NCBI GenBank assembly: GCA_050331235.1
Contig: JBHJHA010000062.1
Location: 1 to 34,246 of the forward strand
From: Leptolyngbyaceae cyanobacterium
Lineage (GTDB): Bacteria > Cyanobacteriota > Cyanobacteriia > Phormidesmidales > Phormidesmidaceae
Length of the DNA stretch: 34,246 bases
Reading direction: 5' to 3'
Shown: piece by piece, positions 1-8,025 of the stretch
Position numbering within the stretch: position 1 is the stretch's first letter
Layout of the letters: every line of letters begins with the position of its first letter
Position numbers and translations under genes: made by a program
Notes under the pieces: model-generated
The model's input: the letters and a program-made list of their open reading frames with translations, nothing else
Database searches by the model: none
What the model was told of the DNA's origin: nothing

Positions 1-162
1 CAACTCCTCCAGGAACGGTTGAATGAAATTCGCGATCGCGCCCGCAGCTCTCTCAATTTTCAGCCTACGCGATCGGAATTATTGCCGACCTTATTCAACA
101 TGCTCAAACACCTGGAAGCTCAGATTCAGGAGATTGAGGCCGTCTATGATGAAGAAGAATAG
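1..162 (+). CDS. 3' end of an unidentified protein (partial, runs in from the left edge)
   Basis: Frame 1 is open from base 1: QLLQERLNEIRDRARSSLNFQPTRSELLPTLFNMLKHLEAQIQEIEAVYDEEE*, TAG at 160-162; looks helical; not in the ORF track because the start lies outside the window. Confidence 0.7.
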   Translation, partial: QLLQERLNEIRDRARSSLNFQPTRSELLPTLFNMLKHLEAQIQEIEAVYDEEE

Positions 163-277
163 CCCCCATCTGTGGACTCCGCTGACCACTAAATAGCCAC
201 TAATCTGGCATTAGGCGATAACAGCCAAAGGAGCCAGACGTGAGGCCAATGGTTAAGCGTTGGCAAAGGTTGAGATA

Positions 278-997
278 ATGCCGATTGATACCTGTTTTCC
301 CCTCGCCATCTATTACGAAGATTTGGCTGAGGCAGCTCACCACCGGGACGCTCTGTTAGACGCCGTCTTTGCCCTAGAGGCATCAGTCTCAGAGCGCCGC
401 AACTTTCCCGAAATGGCGTGGACGGGTGACCTACATAGGGTCCATCAAATTCACGCCGATGAGCGTTTTCGCTGGCTGGTCAACCAAGTTGAAGCCCATG
501 TGGTAGCTTATCTGCGGGCGTTGGGGGTTGATCTCAGTAAGGTTGATCTGTTCATCCAGCGGGCTTGGCCCGTAGTTTCGCGCTACCAGCAAGAGGTCGG
601 CGTTCACTGTCACAATACCGCCCACATCAGCGCCGTTTACTATGTATCCGTGCCGGAGTCTGGCAGCGATGAGTCCGGCTGCCTCGCGTTCATCGACGAT
701 GCTCGACAGAACGAGGTGAGTCCTGGTCTCGGTAGCGAAAATACCGACATCCTTGCTCAATGGACCCCCCTCAACCAAGACCAAGCTCTGTACTCCCCTC
801 TCGAAGGGCGTCTGATTATCTTTCCTGCCAAGCAGCGGCATGGCGTGACCTTTAACCATACGGAGGCACCCCGAGTCTCCATTTCCTTCGATATTGTAAT
901 GACGGCGGCCCAGGGTGCACCGGCTGGTACCTACGAGTTCCTGACGCCTCCACCCCAGCTATGGCAGCGGTTTTCGACCTCTTTGCCGCCCCAGTAG
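278..997 (+). CDS. TIGR02466-like putative 2OG-Fe(II) oxygenase
   Basis: H-x-H motif (VHCHNTAHISAVYYV), distal His (LIIFPAKQRHGV) and RVSIS 2OG-binding motif. ATG 278 (MPIDTCFPLAIY) preferred over TTG 260. Confidence 0.85.
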   Translation: MPIDTCFPLAIYYEDLAEAAHHRDALLDAVFALEASVSERRNFPEMAWTGDLHRVHQIHADERFRWLVNQVEAHVVAYLRALGVDLSKVDLFIQRAWPVVSRYQQEVGVHCHNTAHISAVYYVSVPESGSDESGCLAFIDDARQNEVSPGLGSENTDILAQWTPLNQDQALYSPLEGRLIIFPAKQRHGVTFNHTEAPRVSISFDIVMTAAQGAPAGTYEFLTPPPQLWQRFSTSLPPQ

Positions 998-1197
998 TTG
1001 AGTCATGGCCCCCCTCTTGAGCAGTTGAACATGTGCAGATGTGAATCAAAGCTTTTAAATGTGTGAAGGTGAGGCGAGCTGGGGAGAGCGATCGCACAGA
1101 ATATTATCTGTCAATCCTGCTAGGAGGGTGCTCAGCACCTTGCTCGTCCAGACTTTCATCTAGCCGAGTGTCCAGCAGCCGTTTACGAGCAACCGCT

Positions 1198-1317
1198 ATG
1201 ATTCTGTTTCTACGCAATGCCTTCAACGTCGTGGTGACCATCTTCTTGGTGACGTTTATCGCCATTAATCTGGTGCAATTGGGCAAGTTTGTGCTCTCAT
1301 CCCAGGGGCTGATTTAG
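1198..1317 (+). CDS. putative 39-aa single-pass membrane protein
   Basis: ATG 1198 gives MILFLRNAFNVVVTIFLVTFIAINLVQLGKFVLSSQGLI*, one clean hydrophobic helix; it is the C-terminal half of track ORF 1063-1317. Confidence 0.5.
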   Translation: MILFLRNAFNVVVTIFLVTFIAINLVQLGKFVLSSQGLI

Positions 1318-1715
1318 CGTTTCAGCTCAGTAGGAACCCCTTCGGTCATACCGATCAGCTTGTCAGCGCTAGATAGTTTGGCTATGTGAACGCTCAGAGT
1401 TTGAATCCCATCAGCTTTCAAAGCACAGTCGCGGTTGATATGCCCGACTCCGGCTACAAACAGCAAGATGATGCTGAGTTAGCGAGCAGCCCCTATCTAG
1501 CCATCACAACGTTTGGCTCGGACGTGCTCGACGAGCAATTCGCAACTACCCTATGGAGAGATCACGATTGCCCGCAGATCGCGCTCCCCGCCGATAAGAG
1601 CACTGTGCGGTCCAGGGACCTCTGATGCATTGGCATTAGTTCGCTAGAGCTGCGAAAAAGCACGCTGGCGTTCCCATTTCCCCTATTGAATATCACTGTT
1701 GCCACTGCTAGCGCG

Positions 1716-3437
1716 ATGATTTCCACCCTTGACTTGCCCCAGTTATCCTCGGCGCTCTTGCAGCATCAGGACTGTCCACCCATCTCTCACTATCTCAATG
1801 GGGTTTTGGCCCTCGATCCACCATTACAGGTACGAGGGCAGCCGCCGTTGTTACATATCCATTTACCAGCGGTCCATTTGAGCGCTATTGGCCAGTTGAT
1901 TCCGCAGCTCGAGCAGGCGTTGCGATCGCTCCATGGCTCTCGCTATTGGGACGTCCATATCTTCACCGACGACGGCATTTCAGCCCAGCGGCATATTTAC
2001 CACTGCCTATTAGAAAAAACCTCAAGCCCGCTATTTTCGGTTACGGCACCGGCCGCGGCTGAACTTACTGATCGGCAAGCCACGGCCCCACCAGCACCAC
2101 AGCCGTTGGCACCACTCGTCAGTCCATGGCGTCAGCGATCGGCTGCTCGCCAGCGAGCTCACCGCCGCCATCAATGGCTAATTGGCTTGGCGGTGCTGAT
2201 TGGTACGAGCTTTTTTGGCGGCATTTGGCTGGCGGGAGGAAACCTGCGCGATCGCCCAGGGACTAACTGGTCGTTGCCCCCGGCTGAATCTCGCCCCGCA
2301 ACGATAGATGAGCCGCCCCGGGAGCCCGTCACCGCGAGTGCAGCAGACCGCCCAGGGAACAGCGTGATCATCAACGCTCTGCCGCCCCTGCCGGGCAAGC
2401 CCCTCAATGAACTGGCCACAGCAGCAGATAGCATGACCACAGCGACTGGTGCCTTATCAGGCTCAGCAGCAGGAGAGGTGGCCGTCCAGATCAAGGCAGT
2501 GGGTGACATCATACCGGGCACAGATTTTCCTGACTCCCGGCTACCCAGCAGTCCCAACTATCTGTTTGACAGCGTCAAAATGTATCTGGGGGAGGTGGAT
2601 ATTCTCTTTGGCAATTTTGAAAGCACCCTGACAGACTATCCCTTCACCGCCAAGAATCTGGGCTCGATAACCTTTGCCTTCCGGACACCGCCAGCGTATA
2701 CCGACGTGCTTAAAACTGCTGGCTTTGATGTCTTGAGCGTGGCAAACAATCACTCGTTTGACTTTGGGGATCCTGGCTTTAACGACACCATTGCCAATAT
2801 CGAGCAGTCAGGGATGCTAGCTGTTGGCCGCAAGGATAGTATCGTCACTGTCGACGCAAATGGCCTGACTGTCGCTTTTATCGGGTTTAGCTACTGGCCT
2901 GATCACAACAACATGAATGATCTCGCCACCGCCACCGCGCTCGTGCAAACCGCTCAAACCGCCGCTGACCTCGTGGTGATTTCAGTTCACGCTGGAGCCG
3001 AAGGTACCGATGCCTTGCGCGTTCGCGATCGCACCGAATATTTCTTTTCGGAAAATCGGGGCAACATGGTGCAATTTTCGCGCGCCATGGTGGATGCTGG
3101 CGCTGACCTGATTCTTGGCCATGGTCCCCACGTTCCCCGCGCGATCGAGCTCTATAAAAATAAGCTGATTGCCTACTCCCTGGGCAACTTTTTAGGCTAT
3201 CGGACCCTCTCAACCGTCGGCCCATTGGGACTATCCATGATTTTGCAGGCTGACCTCAGTGCCGAGGGTGATTTTGTGCAAGGTCGTGTGATCCCCGTCG
3301 CCTTGGATGACAATGGTGTACCTTACATTGACAATCAATTTGCCACGGTGACCCTAGTCCGGCAGTTGACGGCTCAAGATTTTCCCCAGACCCCGCTCGC
3401 AATTGATCAAATGGGCTACATTTTTAGGACTGATTAG
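1716..3437 (+). CDS. CapA family (PGA_cap, metallophosphoesterase fold) membrane-anchored protein
   Basis: Motifs KAVGDI, GNFES, ANNHSFD, SVHAG, GHGPHV, YSLGNF; TM helix WLIGLAVLIGTSFFGGIWLA followed by a Pro/Ala linker. ATG 1716 preferred over TTG 1686. Confidence 0.9.
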   Translation: MISTLDLPQLSSALLQHQDCPPISHYLNGVLALDPPLQVRGQPPLLHIHLPAVHLSAIGQLIPQLEQALRSLHGSRYWDVHIFTDDGISAQRHIYHCLLEKTSSPLFSVTAPAAAELTDRQATAPPAPQPLAPLVSPWRQRSAARQRAHRRHQWLIGLAVLIGTSFFGGIWLAGGNLRDRPGTNWSLPPAESRPATIDEPPREPVTASAADRPGNSVIINALPPLPGKPLNELATAADSMTTATGALSGSAAGEVAVQIKAVGDIIPGTDFPDSRLPSSPNYLFDSVKMYLGEVDILFGNFESTLTDYPFTAKNLGSITFAFRTPPAYTDVLKTAGFDVLSVANNHSFDFGDPGFNDTIANIEQSGMLAVGRKDSIVTVDANGLTVAFIGFSYWPDHNNMNDLATATALVQTAQTAADLVVISVHAGAEGTDALRVRDRTEYFFSENRGNMVQFSRAMVDAGADLILGHGPHVPRAIELYKNKLIAYSLGNFLGYRTLSTVGPLGLSMILQADLSAEGDFVQGRVIPVALDDNGVPYIDNQFATVTLVRQLTAQDFPQTPLAIDQMGYIFRTD

Positions 3438-3551
3438 CCCTAGACCCCGTGCTTGCTGCCAAACTCATTCGCAGGGCCAAGTCCTGGATTGAGTTTGGTG
3501 CTGTTGACCAACCGCCTTCTTCCCGCGGTCAGTATTTGAGGATACGCATCG

Positions 3552-4334
3552 ATGCCATCGCGATTGATTACTGGAGGTCTACTGTTCATCTTGGTGCTAG
3601 CGATCGCGAGTACCTGTCGCTCTCAATCTGAGTCGGTATCTTCCCAAGCCGAAATCCAGCCAGAAAGCGTTTCGGTACCGCCAACCACGGCCCCATCAGC
3701 CCGAGTGTCGACACCAGACCCCCAGCGAGAAACGACCAGTGAAGGCCAAATTGCCACTATCACGGCCCAGGATCCTAACGCTCAAGTCAACGTGCGATCG
3801 CTGCCGTCTGCTGAGGGCAATCCCATCGGCACGGGTATGGTTGGCGATCAAGTCGTTCTTGGTCGCTCAGAAACTGCCGCCGATGGCTACACCTGGCATT
3901 ATGTGACCTTTCAAAGCGACACTACTGTCGGCTGGATCCGCAGCGATCTCTTAGATATCCCACCCTTACCAGAAACCAGCAACGAAACGGCTAATCCATC
4001 ACCCCCCGTAGAGACGCCCAGCGATGTGCTCAAAACAGCGCTGGATGAGGAGTGCGGCAGCACCCAGGCGATCGAAGCCAATTTTGTGACCCAGAGCCAC
4101 ACGATTTACGTTTGCAAAAACCGCAATCACCGCACCTATCTCTCCCAAGAATCCGGAACCGAGCAGGTCATTGTCATCGCTGAAGTTGAGGCTCTAGGGG
4201 GCGGCTACATCATCAGCAACGATAACTTTGAGTACCGTCTAGACTCCGCCAGCCTAGTAGTCGTGCGATTTGATGACTCGGGCCAACAAGAGGAAGTCCT
4301 ACGCGAAGAAGTTATCTTTGCCGAGCGATACTAA
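3552..4334 (+). CDS. secreted or lipoprotein with bacterial SH3 (SH3b) domain
   Basis: N-terminal signal ending IASTC; SH3b pattern VNVRSLPS...GDQV...W..V......GWIRSDLL; C-terminal domain with a Cys pair. Confidence 0.8.
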   Translation: MPSRLITGGLLFILVLAIASTCRSQSESVSSQAEIQPESVSVPPTTAPSARVSTPDPQRETTSEGQIATITAQDPNAQVNVRSLPSAEGNPIGTGMVGDQVVLGRSETAADGYTWHYVTFQSDTTVGWIRSDLLDIPPLPETSNETANPSPPVETPSDVLKTALDEECGSTQAIEANFVTQSHTIYVCKNRNHRTYLSQESGTEQVIVIAEVEALGGGYIISNDNFEYRLDSASLVVVRFDDSGQQEEVLREEVIFAERY

Positions 4335-4365
4335 CGCGCATCAAGCCCGGATGGGAGCTCCCTAC

Positions 4366-5658
4366 TCAGGAGAAATATTGAGGTTGAGCAGCCGTTCCAG
4401 GCCACTCGAGTAAAACGACCTCCTCGCGCAATTGTTCGCCGGTAGCCGTCGCCAACCGAGTCCGAAACAGATCACGACGGCACACGGTGTAGCCGACCTC
4501 AGCAGCGATTTCTTCGAGTAGCTCCCCGGTGCGGATCATGATTTGCAAAAAAGAGGCCTGATCACCCACCACATAAGCCAACTTAGCCCCCGGCTTGAGG
4601 GCTGGCTGTAAGGCTTGTAAGTGGCGCTTCATCCCGCCAAAATACAAGGTTGTCACCCGATGGTAGAGCCGTTCAAATCCCGAGGTTTTGTTTAATGCCA
4701 ATCGCCGCGCTTCAATTTTCTGGGCCAATGCGGCGACTTGACTCTGAGACGTGAGCACGCGATCGTCATTGTCAATTTTGTAGACGTTGCGGGTATTTGA
4801 CCGGATCAGCGATTGCTTAAAGGCCCTTAGGTCCTCCTTGTTTTGGAGAAACCCCAACAGAACAGACTCGAGGCGAGTGGTACGGGTATAGTCCTTTTCG
4901 TTGGGATAGGGCGGCGATGTAATCACCGCGCTGATGGAATCGGGCTCTAACAGAGACCGGATCTGTCGGGCATCGCCTCTGATACATTGCGCGGGGACTG
5001 ATGCCAAGCTTTGATAGTCCGCTAGATCAATCGCCATTTGACTGACCTTCGCCTGCCATTTGGCTAGTACGGGAGCCGTCTCTCGCTTGCTTCGTCGGAT
5101 ACCGACCTCAGGGCCAAATTTGAGATTGCTGGCATCATGGACGGCGACATGGGCAAGCGCCAGGTTTAACACGGACTGTATCGTCAGATTGGGCACTTGG
5201 GCGATCGCACCTTTAAGCACCAGACACTGATGCAGCGGCTCATCGCAAATAGAGTTTTTGACTAAAATTGCCCGCTGCTCTGGAGTGAACCCTTGCCGGG
5301 GTGAATCGAGCTGCTGCTGGGCCTGCTCCATCACCGCTAAGCTGGCGCGGTGCAGCGCAGCCAAATCGACTTGCCACTGCACTTTAGTACGACAGGCAAA
5401 ATGTGACATTGGCACCGCCTCTACCCCAATGGAGGCTAGCCCATTCTTTTTTGCTTCAACAATGGTGGTACCGGTACCGCAAAACGGATCGAGCACAATG
5501 TCGTGCGCTGCTAGCCCAAAGGCTTCTACATAATGGCGGACCAAATGGGGGGGATAGGACAAGACAAAACGGTACCAATCATGAAACGCGCGATCGCTCG
5601 GCCGCAGTTTGTTGTTACTCAGGTCGTCAGGATGATTGAGGGTAATTGAAGAGGTCAT
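4366..5658 (-). CDS. orphan DNA amino-methyltransferase (N4-cytosine type likely)
   Basis: SAM-binding motif I (VLDPFCGTGTT) lies N-terminal to catalytic motif IV (ITSPPY); SPPY is typical of m4C methyltransferases; no neighbouring endonuclease. Confidence 0.9.
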   Translation of the reverse strand: MTSSITLNHPDDLSNNKLRPSDRAFHDWYRFVLSYPPHLVRHYVEAFGLAAHDIVLDPFCGTGTTIVEAKKNGLASIGVEAVPMSHFACRTKVQWQVDLAALHRASLAVMEQAQQQLDSPRQGFTPEQRAILVKNSICDEPLHQCLVLKGAIAQVPNLTIQSVLNLALAHVAVHDASNLKFGPEVGIRRSKRETAPVLAKWQAKVSQMAIDLADYQSLASVPAQCIRGDARQIRSLLEPDSISAVITSPPYPNEKDYTRTTRLESVLLGFLQNKEDLRAFKQSLIRSNTRNVYKIDNDDRVLTSQSQVAALAQKIEARRLALNKTSGFERLYHRVTTLYFGGMKRHLQALQPALKPGAKLAYVVGDQASFLQIMIRTGELLEEIAAEVGYTVCRRDLFRTRLATATGEQLREEVVLLEWPGTAAQPQYFS

Positions 5659-5950
5659 GGGCCAAGTCAGTACGCTAGCGACTACGGTAGGAGTAGTGCT
5701 AATGATCTAGAGTATTCCCTATTCAAGCATGGACTGTTTTGAGCATGGTCTTCAGAGCGTTGGCGCTACAAATTTGTAATCGCGAAACCCATTTGGCCTA
5801 GTCCTGAACGCAGAATGAGGGTAAACCCTCACAAAGTGCTCTCACTATATCGGCTTTCGCTCCATTGCTCGTCTAAAGCTCCACAACTTTGCCCCTGACC
5901 ATAAGCTGCTGCTGCAATTGAGCCGCAGCCCTCATCGTGCATGGAAGGGC

Positions 5951-6310
5951 TTAGCGATCGCCCTCAGCCTGAATGAAGGACTGATACTGAGCCGCGAGAT
6001 TGGCATAAGCCGACTGCGGTTGGTGAATCCGTTGGTTGAGCAGTGAATCTACGGGCGTACCGTCTGGAACGAGATGCTGCTCCACTATCGTCTTGACATC
6101 TTCAGGCTGGACTCGGCAGTACCAAACGTTGTCAGGCATCACCTTTACAGTGGGACCGGAACCACACTGCCCTTGGCATTCACAGGCACTGACTAGCAGT
6201 GACGCTAACTGATGCTGCCGAAACGCAGCTAGCACAGCCATTGATCCATTACGAGCACAGGAACGATGCTGGCAGACAGTGACTAAGTAACGTTGAGGGG
6301 AAGCCGCCAT
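5951..6310 (-). CDS. thioredoxin-like [2Fe-2S] ferredoxin
   Basis: VCQHRSC...CQGQCGSGPTVKVMPDNVWY...IVEQHL pattern. Start ATG 6310 (MAASPQRY); the upstream extension in the track ORF looks non-coding. Confidence 0.88.
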   Translation of the reverse strand: MAASPQRYLVTVCQHRSCARNGSMAVLAAFRQHQLASLLVSACECQGQCGSGPTVKVMPDNVWYCRVQPEDVKTIVEQHLVPDGTPVDSLLNQRIHQPQSAYANLAAQYQSFIQAEGDR

Positions 6311-6533
6311 CGTATTTGCTGCCTTTAATTTGAGTGCTAACTCAACGTTAACAATTTTGTTCTTCGAACGGCATACCTCAGCTAAGGTTGAGTCGGCGAT
6401 CGCTATCCATAATTGGGTGCCAGTTGTTCCCGATTCTAAGCTTCTGGGACCTAATCCCCCCATTCCCTAAACTCCCAAACGCGCCTGAGCCGCCATCATT
6501 TGATCAATATTGTGCAAAGCTACCTGCAACCCC

Positions 6534-6562
6534 TTGACATCTGAAGTGTGATTCACTAACGT
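6534..6562 (+). promoter_or_regulatory. sigma70-type promoter
   Basis: TTGACA (6534-6539), 17-bp spacer, TAACGT (6557-6562, TAN3T). Predicted TSS about 6568-6570. Confidence 0.6.
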
Positions 6563-6566
6563 CGAT

Positions 6567-6743
6567 AGAGTTGGTGGAATAGGGCACTCAAAACAGTAAT
6601 TTCTCAATCGTCACGAAGTTCCATATACTGAGAAATCTAAACTGTGCTTTCTACGGAAGTTGACTCTTTGCTCACGTTTTCCCTAAAGATTGTTCGCTGA
6701 TAGTTCCCAAAGCGTCTGGTTTCCTGAACTTAACCAGAGTTTT
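6567..6743 (+). ncRNA. candidate structured sRNA or long 5' leader (unclassified)
   Basis: Nested complementarity: AGAGTTG/TGACTCT, GTGGAA/TTCTAC, GGCAC/GTGCT, ATTTCTCA/TGAGAAAT; then hairpin TCTGGTT/AACCAGA followed by GTTTT. Starts at the predicted TSS. Confidence 0.35.
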
Positions 6744-6838
6744 CCTGAAGATTTCCCCATCGACTCATCAAAAATTTTCAGACATGATGCAACTGTAGTC
6801 AGATTTTCTGATTTACCGTTGTTATCTCTCTATCAGCG

Positions 6839-7054
6839 ATGCAATCACCTGTACTCAATCTGTCATCTACACTTGAATGCCCCAAATGTGGCAAGAACGC
6901 CATTGTTAGCCACCAAAGTGGAGTTTATCAATGCTTGAACTGTAACTTTGAGCGTGACCTTGCCCTTGAGGGCCAATCCTCAAGGGCAGGCGGCATCGGC
7001 GAAATGCTTGTCGGCCTAGGCGGCATTCTATTAACCCTAGCCCTGTTCCTATAG
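6839..7054 (+). CDS. small zinc-ribbon protein with C-terminal membrane anchor
   Basis: CPKC...CLNC zinc ribbon plus hydrophobic tail MLVGLGGILLTLALFL; 71 aa. Confidence 0.8.
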   Translation: MQSPVLNLSSTLECPKCGKNAIVSHQSGVYQCLNCNFERDLALEGQSSRAGGIGEMLVGLGGILLTLALFL

Positions 7055-7075
7055 CGAAAACGCTTACTCAACCCG

Positions 7076-7100
7076 GTAGGCCGCTTGCAAGGCGGCCTAC
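7076..7100. terminator. GC-rich hairpin (terminator-like or GTAG-type REP-like)
   Basis: GTAGGCCGC-TTGCAAG-GCGGCCTAC, perfect 9-bp stem 21 nt after the stop at 7054; lacks a U-tract. Confidence 0.5.
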
Positions 7101-7375
7101 GTCCGCCGGGTACAGGCCGCAGCTGTCATATAGCAGCGATCAGTTGCCAATCGATGCCCTTCGGCCCAATTTCGGTTTAGTCAAGCAGGGCAAATTCAGT
7201 GCACTTCGCCGCCATATGGCACTGATAAGTGATGTCTAACTTGTGGAGTATTTCGTCTTCTTCTAGATCACAGTTTTCGGCGACAGTCAACAGCCGCTCA
7301 ACTGCAAAGTCGGTAACTCCTAATTCCCCGTGAACTTCTCATCGGGGCGCCGTCAGCAGATCTTTATAAACTTCA

Positions 7376-7403
7376 AGCCCCCATCTGTGAGCCCCCATCT
7401 GTG
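7376..7403. repeat. 14-bp tandem repeat AGCCCCCATCTGTG x2, third copy at 161-174
   Basis: Exact copies at 7376-7389, 7390-7403 and 161-174. Confidence 0.85.
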
Positions 7404-7744
7404 GGCCTCCGGAGGGATGAGCTGATGAAGCAGTAGCACTTCATCAAGCTAGGCAAATAAGGCCGCAACACTGACGACCAAACGAAATCAAACAGTCATG
7501 GGAGATTCTCTTTTGCAGGTCCTGCCTGGTTTTAGCGCTGATGAGCGGTCATGACCTGACTGCTGTCAGCGGCTGGCCCTATTTGCCCGTTTTCTCTGCT
7601 ACGGAGCGTATCTATTTTATGGCCTGACATTGACCGCTGCTGCCAAAGCGATCGCCCACCCTCTGGGTGATTTGGGGATATCGGCACCGGTTCACATCTC
7701 AGCCCGTCGTGGTTTCACTCTCGATAACGTTACCCATTTGACTC

Positions 7745-7975
7745 ATGAGACGACCTCATCGCCATAATTTCCTCTTTCGCATTGCCTGTGAAGGTTTGCG
7801 GTTGCTGGCCTGTGTAATAGCCGCTTGTGTTTGCATTTGCTTATTTTTGATTCCCTTTGGAGCGACGGCGCAAGCTGAGGCGCTGTTTCAAGCGACAATG
7901 CCATTTTTCAGCCGATTGAGTCTCGCATTACTCAGTTTGCTGATGATCGCTGGCCTCTTAGAGTCGTTAGATTAG
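7745..7975 (+). CDS. small two-TM hypothetical membrane protein
   Basis: 76 aa, basic N-terminus, two hydrophobic segments; ATG start; converges on the hydrolase gene. Confidence 0.65.
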   Translation: MRRPHRHNFLFRIACEGLRLLACVIAACVCICLFLIPFGATAQAEALFQATMPFFSRLSLALLSLLMIAGLLESLD

Positions 7976-8025
7976 CCCACTTTTAGCGTTTTCAACGGAT
8001 AGTTCTACCAACCGATGCCACACCC

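Noticed and set aside
1386..1625. 79-aa ORF upstream of the CapA gene
   Set aside because: GTG start without a clear SD and no recognisable motif; cannot be distinguished from a chance ORF.
5767..5778. Perfect palindrome TACAAATTTGTA upstream of the methyltransferase
   Set aside because: Spacing and orientation fit neither NtcA (GTA-N8-TAC) nor LexA; a single AT-rich 12-mer is weak evidence.
6690..6938. 82-aa ORF overlapping the zinc-ribbon gene
   Set aside because: TTG start, no motif, and it overlaps a better-supported gene in another frame.
7498..7767. Plus-strand frame from ATG 7498 with one internal TGA (7552-7554), considered as readthrough or selenoprotein
   Set aside because: No redox motif or evident SECIS-like hairpin, and it overlaps the 7745 gene; most likely chance.
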